Source of the DNA: Prevotella sp.
GTDB taxonomy: Bacteria > Bacteroidota > Bacteroidia > Bacteroidales > Bacteroidaceae
Length of the DNA stretch: 63,154 nt
Assembly (NCBI GenBank): GCA_051869395.1
Contig: JBJEAV010000060.1
Span: 1-63,154, forward strand
Direction: 5' to 3'
The notes under the pieces were generated by a model. That model had not been told where the DNA came from, made no database searches, and worked only from the letters and a program-made list of their open reading frames with translations. Numbering within the stretch: the first letter of the stretch is position 1; every line of letters begins with the position of its first letter. Positions 27,196 through 38,307 of this stretch are shown here, one piece after another. Position numbers and translations under genes: made by a program.

Positions 27196-30100
27196 ATGAT
27201 TAAGCATCCTTTTTTACGGAAGCAGTGGCTTTTACTTCTGATTCTTTTGTCAGGAATGTCACAATCCCTCCATGCTGCCGAAGACAACATGGAAGTGGAA
27301 TATAGTCCGTTTTCCTACACCTGTTGGCAACCGCATACGGATTTGTCCCCCGACAATGATGCCATCTTGTTCAACTTCTGCTATTACAATGATTACAGAT
27401 TGGACAGCTGGAGCAGCGGCATTCAAATTTATGTGGATGGCGAATACGTGGGAAAGATGACCAATATGGCAGGAGATGACCATGACGACACTTTCTATCT
27501 GCCGGAGAAGATCAGCATCCATAGCAACAAGAACGGCAAGGTGGAAGCACAGACGCTCTCGTTCAAACAGTCGGGCTCCAACTATTGGGCAAGGGTTCAA
27601 ATCAGAATCCAATATACAGGAAAGAATGAGCGACACGAGATTAAGGTGGCTACCGACTGGGTTCCAAACCGTGGCAGCAGCAAAAGGCAGAGTGTAACGT
27701 TTTGGACCAATCCCTATTGGCAATCCATGCCCTCGGACGGAGAAGCTGCCAGCATAGGCAGAAACCGCGCCCGTTGGACCAACACCTCCGCACCCGCCAA
27801 ACAGGAGCAGCACGTGTTTATACTGAAACAGAACCAATCGACCGACCAGTGGATTGAGCCTAACGACAACAATAGCGTATTCTCAAAGATGGTGGTATCA
27901 GCACACCGCAACGATGCCGAAGAGAAATTCAACTGCGACTTTGACGTGGAGAGCAACTATATGCCCACCACCTTCTATCCACGCTATTACTTCAAACTCG
28001 CGTCATATAGCGACGGCGACAGATTTCTGTATGACAATTGCAATTCATTCGAGACTGTTTATTTCCATAGGGCAAAGAACGTGAGATACTCCTTCGAACC
28101 ATGGCAGAAGGCAGTGACACTCACATGGGACACAGAGTGCTACAAAGACGGTGCCTCAAAAGACGGCAAATGGATGATATTCAGGGTGAAGGACGGCTCG
28201 GCACAGTTAGCGGGCACTACATCCAAATTCGAAGAACGCACGTTCATCGACAAGAGCAGCAGCATAAAGGTTGACCAGGACTATACCTACGAGGTGTATT
28301 TCCTGCCCAACAGCTGGGGAGAGGCTTCGCAAAGCAAGTGCGCGGATGACCTGAAGGCTTCGGTGGACGTGAGCACACCTTTTGACTACAATATCAATCT
28401 CACGGCCGAGGGACAGGACCGCAGCATCAAGGTCAGCTGGGACGCTCCTGCCATACTCGCCAACGGCGACTATCAATATACAGTATATCGCAGTGTGGGC
28501 AACGGCTCGTTCGAGACACTGAAGAAGATAACCGTGAGCAACCTCGCACAGACTCATTATGAATACGAAGACTCGGACATTCCCAATTCCAGCGCATCAT
28601 ATAATTACTATGTGGGCATCAAGCTGATGGGCAAGGACTTCGAGAGCAACAAGCATATCGCGTCAGTAAGCGGTTTCTCGCGTGTCACGGAGATTAAGGC
28701 CAGCAAGGGTGGATATGACAACACGGTGAAGGTGAACTGGAAAGCACAGCTCTTGGGCTCCACCACCACTTACTACGAACTGTCGCGCCGAGTGTTCAAC
28801 AGTCAGGCTGACTGGGAAACCATCTACACCACTTCGGGCACGGGCGTCAACTACAGCTACAACGACCAGACCTTAGCGAATGGAGTATATTATGAATACC
28901 GTGTGCTGTCGTATAACCTCAACGACAAGAACGAGCGATATGGAGAGGCAGAGGCACTGACAAATGGTTTTTGCAGTCTCGCCGGCACCATCTCGGGCAA
29001 CATAAACTACGGCAACGGTACGGCAGTGGCTGACGTGCGCGTCAACTTAGAGCTTGACCCCTACAGCAACCAGTCAGACCAGTCGCAGTTCTACTCGCTG
29101 CGCTCCAACGGAACCAACGGCGGAATAAGATGGAAGGTGGAAAAGGCCACGGCAGATAAGAAGTTGGCGGGCAAGACATGGACCACGCAGTTCTATCTGC
29201 GTCCTACTGACGAATGTGTCACTCCTGTCATCTTCGAGGCGGATGGAGTGACACTGAGCCTTGGCAATTACAAGTCGGCCGACAGCACATTTGCCCTGAT
29301 GCTCAATGGGACGGCAGTGGACAGCTTGCGCCTGCATACCGACATGTTCACACACATCACCATGGCATACAAGGGGGCGGGGAATTTCGTCTTCCACACC
29401 ATCGACAGGGAAGGACAGATGAAGACCTCCACGGCAACAAGCTCTGCATACAAGGGCTTCGGAAGCGATGAAACCACAATGTATTTCGCAGCCTCCTCCA
29501 GCAATGACGCTGACAAGGGATATGTGGGACATATCGACGACGTGCGCTTCTTCGCCGGAAGGGTGCTGACGGCAGATGAGGTGCGCAAGGACTACGACCA
29601 TACACTGACAGGACAGGAGAAGGGGCTGCTGGCATACTGGCCGCTCGACGAGGGTCTTAGCGGACAGCGCGACGCCTACGACTATTCGAGCAGCAACGGC
29701 TCGCCCAACGAGAACCATGGCGAACTGTTGCCAAATGGCAAGGTGGATAACATCGTGCCCGAGGAATCGCAGCTGAGCATATATGCCATGACCGACGAGA
29801 CGGGCAACTACATCATCCGCGGCATACATTACCAGGGCAACGGCACCAACTATGTAGTACGTCCACAGAAAGGCATCCACGAGTTCTCGCCCCGTACGCT
29901 CACGCGATATATCAGTGCCACAAGTAATGTTTATAGCGGCTCGTCGTTCACCGACGAGAGCAGCTTCCCCGTATCCGGAGTCGTATATTATGAAGGCACA
30001 AACTATCCCGTGGAGGATTGCTATGTGAAGATTGACGGTACGGTGGTCAGCCTGGATGGCGAACTTGTAAAGACCGACAAAAACGGACGTTTCTCCATAG

Positions 30101-33100
30101 ACGTGCCTATCGGCAACCACTATGTCTCGGTGGAGCGCAACGGCCACACCTTCACCATGAACGGACGCTATCCCGAAACGGGCAAGCACGACTTCGACAG
30201 GGAGGTGAAGGGGCTGACCTTCTGGGACAACACCCTCGTGATGGTGACCGGCCGTGTGGATGGCGGTGCCATTGAGCAGGCACGTCCTTTAGGCTTCGGT
30301 TCATCCGTCAACAATATCGGGGTGGCTGAGATTGAGCTTGAGGCTGACTATATGATCAACGCCACATGGCAGACTATAGGTTCAGCCATTAAGTGGGATC
30401 CTGCCAACCAGCCCCGCCACTTCGAGGACGGCAATCCGGCTGTCGCAAACAGCATTGTCGCGGGATATGGCACGGCTGATGCAGCCAAGCGCATCACCAT
30501 CACCACCGACAAGCTCACGGGTGAGTTCTCTGCCATGCTGCCCCCCATCCACTATACGGTGAAGAGCGTGCGCGTGGTGTCCAATCCCGACCTTGACTTC
30601 GGCGAGTATTCCGCACACATCGACGCCTCTAATGCCAGCGCCGAACTTACCGACTCATTGAAAAATGAAAATACGGGCGAAATGGAATATTTCAATTATG
30701 TGGCAAAGTTCAACCTTGCCTACCGCTCCACGCCACAACTTGAGGTAAGCGACCCCGATGCCGACGAGGGAGCCATGGGTATCAAGACATACAAGTTCAC
30801 CCATGCCGACAGAACCACTGAAGATATAGCCATATACACCGTGGATGACAATGGCAATGTGAATTACACCTATAAGTATCCTGTCTTCCTGCAGCTCGAC
30901 CAGTACAAGCTGGACTTCCGCGGTTTCGAGCGTTACGAGAACCACGACGAGGGTGCCCCGGTGACATATCAGGACGTACCGCTGAAGGACGTTGGAGTCA
31001 ATATCTCCAACCAGTTCTCAGTAGCCAACCATTTCTACCAGAAAGACGGAACACTCGCCCTTGTTCCCGCTTCGGGCATATCGCTCGACTCTCTCGGCCG
31101 TGCCACCTACGTATTCCAGGTGGGTGCCCCCTGCCTGCTGGAGGAGGAGAACTTCTCCCGCGCGCTCTCCATCAGCTACGACATCAAGGGCAACCGCTTC
31201 AGCCTGCCCGACATACGTGGCATCGTGTTCGGCAATATCCCCACGGGAAGCAATTTCGTGACAGCCGGCCCTGACCAGGTGCTCATGGTGCTACGCGACC
31301 CTCCCGGCTCAGGCTCTTCATATACTTGGGAGAAAGGAACATCGCACACAATGAGTACAGTACACACCCATAACCACATGATGGGCGATGGGTTTAGCGC
31401 AGAGGTCTATGTCGGTATAAAACTTGCCACGGCGACAGGTACACCCGGTGCGATGGTCATTAATACCGAAGAACATAAGCTGGATACCGGACATTCAATT
31501 TCAACCAGCCAGACTTGGTTCTTCTCCAACGAATGGGTTACCACGACTACTTTGACAAAGAGTGTAAGCACCTCCAGCGACCCACAGTTTGACGGTCCCG
31601 ACGCTGACATCTTCATCGGACGTTCAACGAATATCATAATAGGTCGCGCAAGGGATGTCAGACTCCATCTTGGTGACGACGACCGACCACATCTCGGCAT
31701 GAAGGAAGTATACACCATGGGCAGTGAGTTTGAGACAGAGTTCAGCTATACCCAATACTATGTGCGTAATACGCTTATACCCAACCTCATCGAAACGCGC
31801 AACAACCTTATTCTCCCCAAGGGAACGGTTGTGGAAAGAGACGAGATGATTTGCAAGTATGTGTCATTGGTGGATAAAGATGACCCGTCGTTCGGGCAAG
31901 AGGGCAGCTATGAGTGCTTATGGCCCAAGAAAACGATTTCTACAGATGACGACGAATTCTGCGGCACCGACAGTGTTGCCTGGTGCAACGAGCAGGTGAA
32001 GCGATGGAAGAAAATCATGGAAAACAATGAGTGTGCCAAGGTGCTTGCCATTGACAACCGTTCTGAATATCTGTATAAGAACTATAGTTTTGATGCAGGC
32101 TCGTCTGTTACCGTCACTGATGAAAAATCCAAGGAAACAATACATGGTTCCACTTTCGAGGAGAACGTGTCATATGAGGGACATATCGGCAAGAGTGTCG
32201 GTAATGACGTAAATAGTGCTGACCTCGACTGGAACTGGTCGTATAATTATACCTATAATGATACCGACACGGAGTCAAATTCAGAAACAGAGTCATTCTC
32301 CTTCACCCTGGCCGATGAGCAGCCCTATGACGCCCTCACCGTGGATGTCTTCAATGCTCCCGACAACTTCGGACACATCTTTGTGACCCGCGGCGGACAG
32401 ACCTCAGGCAACTGGGAGCCGCAACAAGTGACTCACTACTATCGTCCCGGAACTGAAATTATGGCACAGACCCAAAAGGTTTCTGTTCCGAAGATTTATA
32501 TCGAGACACCCATCGTCAGCAATGTGCCCGTGGGAGAGCCTGCCGTCTTCAAGGTGAGGTTTGCCAACGAGTCGGAAACGCGTTCCACCGTGCCTGTTGT
32601 CATCGGTATGGACAACGGCACCAATCCTTCGGGAGCGGAAGTGTTGGCAGGAGGTGGTACGGTGAACCAGGGCATCGAGGACGTGCTCTCCTACGGCACT
32701 CCCGTAGAGCATACCGTGACCATCAGCCAGACCGACTATGACGTGCTGGATTACCGTATAGGACTGATCCTCTTCGACTCCTGGCAGGCTACGCCATCCG
32801 TCTATCCAGCCAACTCCGACACTGCCTATATAGAAGCTCACTTCGTGCCGGCTTCCAGTAGGGTCGCACTTGCCACCTCCACACCGTATATCAACTCCGA
32901 GGTGACAGGACCGGCGTCGTTCACCCTCTCCGACTACAACCTCAACCTGCGCAACCTGCGCACAGTGAGCATACGACATAAGGGCGTCAACGACCAGGAA
33001 TGGACAGTGGATAAAGTGTGGAACACACTCTCCAACTGTGAAACAGCCGAGGACTCACTCCTTGCCGTCACCGATGCGCAGATTCACTACGACATCGACA

Positions 33101-36100
33101 TGAGCAATCCGCGCCAATGGCCGGAACAGAAATATATCTTCCAGGCCGTCACGATGAGCGTGTTCGGCGACCAGAAAGAATATTATTATGGTGATGAGGT
33201 GGAGATAATCAAGGACATCTCCGGCCCCGTTGTCGTAGGCTCACCCTCGCCAAGCAACGGAATATTGCTCAACAATTCTGATATTAGCGTGTCCTTCAAC
33301 GAAGACATACGTGGCGAACTGCTGACTGCCGATGACAATATCCTCGTTATCGGGCGCCTGAACAATTCAACGCTTAATCACGACATTGCCGCACGATTTG
33401 CCAACGGACATGGAGCTGTGTCTGAGGCAAAGATGGCTTTCAATGGCAATGCCATGTCGGTCAACCTGTGGATGCGCTGGAAGGAAGGAGCAGGAACCAT
33501 ATATGCGCAGGGAGACCTGAACATTGGCATCGATGCCCAGGGACATCTCACCGTGGGTACTGACGGACAGAAGATAACAAGTCAGAAAGTACTGCAGCCA
33601 AACGAATGGTTCTTCCTATCTGTATGTCTTGACAACACTACTAACGTCTTGTCTGTGACTGCCGATGCTGCGTCTGCTGATATAACCATGAATCTCTTCG
33701 ACCAGGTGACATTCCCCGGGGAGATATCCATGAGGGGAGCCATCAGCGTGGGCAGCCAGTTTGCGGGCGAGATACATGAAGTGACCGCATGGGACTATGC
33801 GCGCCCGTTCAGCGTGGCAGTCTCTGAGCGTTCAAAGGCAAAGAACCAATACACCACTCACCTGATGGGATATTGGCCTATGAACGAGAGTCATGGCACA
33901 GTGATTTATGACCTTGTCGCCTCGCGCAACCTGTCGATGCAACCAGGCACCACTTGGTATGCTGACGGTGAGAACTACTCGCTTGAACTGACACCAGAAC
34001 AGGTTTCTGCCGTCAACCTCTCCAACTGTGCCACTGACAACGACGAGGACTACCTGCTGCAGTTGTGGTTCCGCGCAGAGAGTGTCAATGCCACGGGCGC
34101 AGACATCTTCAATATCAACGACAGCAAAACCCGTCTGTCCATCTCCGGCAATGACGGTCATCTGTCTCTGTTCAATGGCAACATTGAGACAAGGGTTTCA
34201 GCGGAAGACCTGCGCGACGGCAACTGGCACCAGTTCTCAATGATGGTGCACAAGAGCACCAACGCCAATGCCAATCTCTATCTGGACGGCAAGAGCGTGG
34301 CTCTCATCCCTTCGGAAAACTTGGCAAACCTTGGAGGGTTCCTGCGTATGGGTGGCGGCATGAAGGGCAACGTGGACGAGCTGCGCATCCTTCACGACTA
34401 CTTCACCTCGGACATCATCGTTAACAACATTTACCAGCGTTCCGACTCCCTGAATGCCTCGGCAATGGGACTCAGATGCTACTATCCGTTCGAGAAAACC
34501 ATAGTCAACGCCTATGGACAGAACGAAACCGTAAGCACACTGCTCGACCAGGGCACAAGCCAGGCTGGCCCAATTATCCTGGAGCAGGGTGGACAGCTCA
34601 CTTGCAGCTCCAAGGAGGCTCCTACGCTGAAGATGGCATCCTATATACAGAATGTGGCTTTCGAGTTCTATACTACTGAACGAACCATATATATCAAGCT
34701 CAAGGAGGAACCCTCCACCATACAGGGATGCCAGCTATATGTCACAGTGCGCGACGTGAAGGACTATGCCGGCAACACACTTGACCAGGTTACATGGTCG
34801 TTCACCGTGGATGACAATTCGCTCACATGGTTCAGCGAGGATATGACCAAGGTATTCACTGAACTATCCTCTGAAGATGATTATAAGCTGTACTGCTACG
34901 TCTATAACCTGGGTGCGGAAGATAAGGCTTGGACTCTTGAAGGTGTTCCGGCATGGATGGATGTCAATGAAACAGCCGGAACCATCAAGTTAGGCGGTTG
35001 TGTGGAGCTGAAAATCAATGTCAGCGAAGCACTGCCAACCGGTATCAACGAGGGACAGATTTACCTTGTGGATGCAAATGGAATATCACATGCCATTCCA
35101 TACTCATTCACTAAACTGGTGAACCGTCCTAATTGGAGTGTCGTTGCTGAGACACATCCAAATACAATGAGTATAGTTGGACAGGTGAAGGTGGATGACA
35201 CAATACAGGAGAATCCATACAGCATCATTGCCGCATTCGACGAGACTGACCGTTGTATCGGACTGGCTTCGCCTGTGTTCTACTCTCGCTACGGAACAAG
35301 CTACGTGCTGCTCACCATCTATGGCAACCAGGAGTCAGAGAAACCACTGAAGTTCCGATACTATGATGCCAACACCGGCACCATCAGCCCATCGTTTAGC
35401 ATGACTCTCAACGGACAGGAACAGACACCAGTCTTCCGTCCTAACGCCCACTATGGTGACTTCGGCAATCCTTATCTATGGTTGCCCGATGACAAGATTG
35501 AGCAAACGACATCTGTTGTTCCCGGATGGCAGTGGCTCTCGCTCTATGCCGAGCCTTCTGACGCATCCTTGGCTTCCATCTTCAACATCTACAGCACAGA
35601 GGGTGAGCCTTGTGTGACTGAGGTTGTACAACAGGATGCATACGCACGCAGGGAGGCCGACGGCACTTGGTCGGGCGAACTGACAACCATCGAGACCGGA
35701 AAGATGTACAAGGTTTATGCAGTCGCAGCAGGAAATATCGACGTCATCGGACAGCAAACCGCCACACTGCGCAAGCCTATCACCATCAATCCGTACTGGA
35801 ACTGGTTGGGCGCTAACATATCGTCGTCCCTGATACTCAGCACCGCACTGGCAGACATGAGCCCTGAGGAGGGCGACATCATCAAGAACCGTCAGAAGAT
35901 GGCTATCTACAGCGGAGGGGCATGGACAGGAAACCTGAGGGTGTTGACACCGGGAGAGGGTTACTTCTATCACTCAAATGCCGAAGGCAACAAGGAGTTT
36001 ATCTATCCTACCTCAGCGACGAATACCGGCAAGGCATCGTCAGCCAGGACTTCTTTTGCCAATGCGACAGATGAAGACAACCGCCATTTCGGTTCGTATA

Positions 36101-36552
36101 ATCCGGCACGCTATGACGGCACAATGACCATAACGGCTGTTGTGGAGTGCGACGACAAGCGTCTCGGCGGTTGCGAGTTAGCAGCCTTCCTTGCAGATGG
36201 CGAGCTTTGCGGTGACAAGTTCTCACACGACGAAGACAACCGACGCCTTATCTACATGGTGGTACATGCAGACAAGCAGCAGGAAATTTCATTCCGTGTA
36301 GCGGTAAGGGACGCTGACGGCAACATGACTGACTACGAACTCGAACAAAGCCTCGGCTTCGAGGATGGTGCATCGCTCGGTTCGACAACAAATCCAGTGG
36401 TGTTCCGTCTGGAAACAACTGGAATACGTGGCGTCAAAGCTGACTCCCAGAAGAATCAGCGCACATACAAGTCGATTAACGGGAACAAGGAAGTGATTAT
36501 TCACCAAGGCCCAAATACATACAATGCCTCTGGTGTGAAACTCACCAAATAG
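27196..36552 (+). CDS. Giant (3118 aa) secreted multi-domain protein: signal peptide, FN3 repeats, LamG-like domains, Ig-like domains, putative T9SS C-terminal sorting domain
   Basis: FN3 W..Y patterns, LamG motifs (GHIDDVRF..LLAYWPLDEG; GEIHEV..LMGYWPMNE; GNVDELRI), C-terminal TGIRGV...YNASGVKLTK. Confidence 0.85.
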   Translation: MIKHPFLRKQWLLLLILLSGMSQSLHAAEDNMEVEYSPFSYTCWQPHTDLSPDNDAILFNFCYYNDYRLDSWSSGIQIYVDGEYVGKMTNMAGDDHDDTFYLPEKISIHSNKNGKVEAQTLSFKQSGSNYWARVQIRIQYTGKNERHEIKVATDWVPNRGSSKRQSVTFWTNPYWQSMPSDGEAASIGRNRARWTNTSAPAKQEQHVFILKQNQSTDQWIEPNDNNSVFSKMVVSAHRNDAEEKFNCDFDVESNYMPTTFYPRYYFKLASYSDGDRFLYDNCNSFETVYFHRAKNVRYSFEPWQKAVTLTWDTECYKDGASKDGKWMIFRVKDGSAQLAGTTSKFEERTFIDKSSSIKVDQDYTYEVYFLPNSWGEASQSKCADDLKASVDVSTPFDYNINLTAEGQDRSIKVSWDAPAILANGDYQYTVYRSVGNGSFETLKKITVSNLAQTHYEYEDSDIPNSSASYNYYVGIKLMGKDFESNKHIASVSGFSRVTEIKASKGGYDNTVKVNWKAQLLGSTTTYYELSRRVFNSQADWETIYTTSGTGVNYSYNDQTLANGVYYEYRVLSYNLNDKNERYGEAEALTNGFCSLAGTISGNINYGNGTAVADVRVNLELDPYSNQSDQSQFYSLRSNGTNGGIRWKVEKATADKKLAGKTWTTQFYLRPTDECVTPVIFEADGVTLSLGNYKSADSTFALMLNGTAVDSLRLHTDMFTHITMAYKGAGNFVFHTIDREGQMKTSTATSSAYKGFGSDETTMYFAASSSNDADKGYVGHIDDVRFFAGRVLTADEVRKDYDHTLTGQEKGLLAYWPLDEGLSGQRDAYDYSSSNGSPNENHGELLPNGKVDNIVPEESQLSIYAMTDETGNYIIRGIHYQGNGTNYVVRPQKGIHEFSPRTLTRYISATSNVYSGSSFTDESSFPVSGVVYYEGTNYPVEDCYVKIDGTVVSLDGELVKTDKNGRFSIDVPIGNHYVSVERNGHTFTMNGRYPETGKHDFDREVKGLTFWDNTLVMVTGRVDGGAIEQARPLGFGSSVNNIGVAEIELEADYMINATWQTIGSAIKWDPANQPRHFEDGNPAVANSIVAGYGTADAAKRITITTDKLTGEFSAMLPPIHYTVKSVRVVSNPDLDFGEYSAHIDASNASAELTDSLKNENTGEMEYFNYVAKFNLAYRSTPQLEVSDPDADEGAMGIKTYKFTHADRTTEDIAIYTVDDNGNVNYTYKYPVFLQLDQYKLDFRGFERYENHDEGAPVTYQDVPLKDVGVNISNQFSVANHFYQKDGTLALVPASGISLDSLGRATYVFQVGAPCLLEEENFSRALSISYDIKGNRFSLPDIRGIVFGNIPTGSNFVTAGPDQVLMVLRDPPGSGSSYTWEKGTSHTMSTVHTHNHMMGDGFSAEVYVGIKLATATGTPGAMVINTEEHKLDTGHSISTSQTWFFSNEWVTTTTLTKSVSTSSDPQFDGPDADIFIGRSTNIIIGRARDVRLHLGDDDRPHLGMKEVYTMGSEFETEFSYTQYYVRNTLIPNLIETRNNLILPKGTVVERDEMICKYVSLVDKDDPSFGQEGSYECLWPKKTISTDDDEFCGTDSVAWCNEQVKRWKKIMENNECAKVLAIDNRSEYLYKNYSFDAGSSVTVTDEKSKETIHGSTFEENVSYEGHIGKSVGNDVNSADLDWNWSYNYTYNDTDTESNSETESFSFTLADEQPYDALTVDVFNAPDNFGHIFVTRGGQTSGNWEPQQVTHYYRPGTEIMAQTQKVSVPKIYIETPIVSNVPVGEPAVFKVRFANESETRSTVPVVIGMDNGTNPSGAEVLAGGGTVNQGIEDVLSYGTPVEHTVTISQTDYDVLDYRIGLILFDSWQATPSVYPANSDTAYIEAHFVPASSRVALATSTPYINSEVTGPASFTLSDYNLNLRNLRTVSIRHKGVNDQEWTVDKVWNTLSNCETAEDSLLAVTDAQIHYDIDMSNPRQWPEQKYIFQAVTMSVFGDQKEYYYGDEVEIIKDISGPVVVGSPSPSNGILLNNSDISVSFNEDIRGELLTADDNILVIGRLNNSTLNHDIAARFANGHGAVSEAKMAFNGNAMSVNLWMRWKEGAGTIYAQGDLNIGIDAQGHLTVGTDGQKITSQKVLQPNEWFFLSVCLDNTTNVLSVTADAASADITMNLFDQVTFPGEISMRGAISVGSQFAGEIHEVTAWDYARPFSVAVSERSKAKNQYTTHLMGYWPMNESHGTVIYDLVASRNLSMQPGTTWYADGENYSLELTPEQVSAVNLSNCATDNDEDYLLQLWFRAESVNATGADIFNINDSKTRLSISGNDGHLSLFNGNIETRVSAEDLRDGNWHQFSMMVHKSTNANANLYLDGKSVALIPSENLANLGGFLRMGGGMKGNVDELRILHDYFTSDIIVNNIYQRSDSLNASAMGLRCYYPFEKTIVNAYGQNETVSTLLDQGTSQAGPIILEQGGQLTCSSKEAPTLKMASYIQNVAFEFYTTERTIYIKLKEEPSTIQGCQLYVTVRDVKDYAGNTLDQVTWSFTVDDNSLTWFSEDMTKVFTELSSEDDYKLYCYVYNLGAEDKAWTLEGVPAWMDVNETAGTIKLGGCVELKINVSEALPTGINEGQIYLVDANGISHAIPYSFTKLVNRPNWSVVAETHPNTMSIVGQVKVDDTIQENPYSIIAAFDETDRCIGLASPVFYSRYGTSYVLLTIYGNQESEKPLKFRYYDANTGTISPSFSMTLNGQEQTPVFRPNAHYGDFGNPYLWLPDDKIEQTTSVVPGWQWLSLYAEPSDASLASIFNIYSTEGEPCVTEVVQQDAYARREADGTWSGELTTIETGKMYKVYAVAAGNIDVIGQQTATLRKPITINPYWNWLGANISSSLILSTALADMSPEEGDIIKNRQKMAIYSGGAWTGNLRVLTPGEGYFYHSNAEGNKEFIYPTSATNTGKASSARTSFANATDEDNRHFGSYNPARYDGTMTITAVVECDDKRLGGCELAAFLADGELCGDKFSHDEDNRRLIYMVVHADKQQEISFRVAVRDADGNMTDYELEQSLGFEDGASLGSTTNPVVFRLETTGIRGVKADSQKNQRTYKSINGNKEVIIHQGPNTYNASGVKLTK

Positions 36553-36582
36553 CATTGACACACCGTCAAGTCACAATAATCG

Positions 36583-36618
36583 AGTGGGCAGAGGAAACGA
36601 ACCTCTGCCCACTTTTTT
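36583..36618 (+). terminator. Rho-independent terminator
   Basis: agtgggcagagg-aaacgaa-cctctgcccact followed by TTTTT. Confidence 0.88.
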
Positions 36619-36629
36619 AGATTTCCATA

Positions 36630-37523
36630 TCAAGAATGATGAAGGGATGCAAAATACGTAATCTTATAGATCTTGAACACGGCAAGACTCGGTTTCATGC
36701 CCACGAGATTCCTGCGCATCTTATTGCCCAAAAGACGATGGACAAGACGCAGAAGCCACTGGAGACGAAATGCTCCCACCTTATTATATATATATAGGAG
36801 AGTGGAATAGCCCTCCAGTTTGTCGGCATTTTCAAGCAGGGTGAGCATACCCTCCTCGGTCTTTGACACGAAAGACTTGTTGGAATCGAAATGACCGAAC
36901 CCCACGGGATTGGCGATATGCGTGATGCGTATGCCCGCCGCCTTCAGTTGTTTGCCAAACAGGACATCCTCATAGCCATAACGCGTGATAGTCTCATCAA
37001 AACGGCAACGGTCCATAACCCTCCTTCTCGCCATAAAGTTGGCGGTGTGGAAATCACGATACTCATCCTCACGTCGCTTCTCAACAGTGTGTGCCGCCTC
37101 GGCGGATTTCTCATATATGAAACGAAGGTTGCCACGCAGCAGATGTGGATCGCCTTGAATAATTATGCCGCCATCTACCACGTCATTGTCCGAAGCCTCA
37201 ACATAACGGCGTATGAACTCACCGTCAGGCAGGCTGTGCTTGCAGTCAATGAAAAGCAAGCACTCATACTTAGCCTCGCGAGCCAAAAGGTTTCTCACCT
37301 TCGAACGCCCCCGGTTTTCCGTAAGGGCAATATGACGGCAAAAGGGCATACGGGATATGGAACGGTTGACCTCCACCATCCTTGAGGCAGTGGAACCGTC
37401 GTCAATAACAATTATCTCGTATCTGAGCCCATCAACCGAAGAAGCCTGTTGCGCCAACTGTTCCACCAATGGTGTACAGATATAGTTATGGCACGGAATA
37501 AGTATGGATAATTCGCTTGTCAT
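36630..37523 (-). CDS. Glycosyltransferase family 2
   Basis: LSILIPCHN, IDDGS, RNLLA, FIDC, FDE...YGYEDVLFG; ATG 37523. Confidence 0.88.
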   Translation of the reverse strand: MTSELSILIPCHNYICTPLVEQLAQQASSVDGLRYEIIVIDDGSTASRMVEVNRSISRMPFCRHIALTENRGRSKVRNLLAREAKYECLLFIDCKHSLPDGEFIRRYVEASDNDVVDGGIIIQGDPHLLRGNLRFIYEKSAEAAHTVEKRREDEYRDFHTANFMARRRVMDRCRFDETITRYGYEDVLFGKQLKAAGIRITHIANPVGFGHFDSNKSFVSKTEEGMLTLLENADKLEGYSTLLYIYNKVGAFRLQWLLRLVHRLLGNKMRRNLVGMKPSLAVFKIYKITYFASLHHS

Positions 37524-37650
37524 GATGCAAAGGTACGACAAAAAATCATAAAAACGCAATTTTTATCTAATTTATTTTGTCAAGTGGAACAGAAATTGTA
37601 CTTTTGCACTGCAAAATGAAAAATACACCGATATAATAACATTAAAAGAC

Positions 37651-38283
37651 ATGAAAAAGAACATCACCAAACTCGCCGTTATGGCTCTAATGCTTATAGG
37701 CGGCGGCAACAGCGCAAGCGCGCAACTCAACCTCGGCAATATCCTGGGAGGCATCACCGGAAACACCAATACCAGTGACCTTGTCTCGGGGCTTACATCC
37801 ATCTTCTCATCCAACAAGCAAGCCACTGCCGACAACATCGTGGGCACATGGGCTTACGACTCGCCTGCCATTGTGTTTGAATCAGAGGATTTCCTGACAA
37901 AAACCGGAGCCGCACTGGCTGCCAACAAACTGGAGACCTCACTGCAGAACACACTGACAAAATACGGAATCACAAAGGACAAGTTCAGCATCACATTCAA
38001 GGAAGACGGCACATTCACCGAGACAATACGAGGCAAGAGCTACTCGGGCAAATGGGCTGTGGAAGACAGCAAGCTGAAACTGACTTACCAGCTCAAGACA
38101 ATGGACATCACCACGCAGAAGGAAGGCAACCAGCTTATGTTTGTCACCGACGCATCGAAACTGCTGAACCTCATTCAGACTCTCGGTGCAAAGACCGCCA
38201 CGAGTTCAAGCCTTTCCACTATCTCCGCTCTCGCCAAGAACATCAGCGGAATGAAGATAGGACTCACATTAGTAAAACAATAA
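37651..38283 (+). CDS. Exported DUF4923-like (lipocalin-like) protein
   Basis: Signal peptide, LGNILG, IVGTWAY..PAIVFES pattern. Confidence 0.7.
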   Translation: MKKNITKLAVMALMLIGGGNSASAQLNLGNILGGITGNTNTSDLVSGLTSIFSSNKQATADNIVGTWAYDSPAIVFESEDFLTKTGAALAANKLETSLQNTLTKYGITKDKFSITFKEDGTFTETIRGKSYSGKWAVEDSKLKLTYQLKTMDITTQKEGNQLMFVTDASKLLNLIQTLGAKTATSSSLSTISALAKNISGMKIGLTLVKQ

Positions 38284-38307
38284 AACTCATATAAAACAAT
38301 AGGGACA

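Noticed and set aside
26380-36630. Intact genomic island integrated at mnmE
   Set aside because: No integrase, and no duplicated mnmE 3' end was seen after the giant gene
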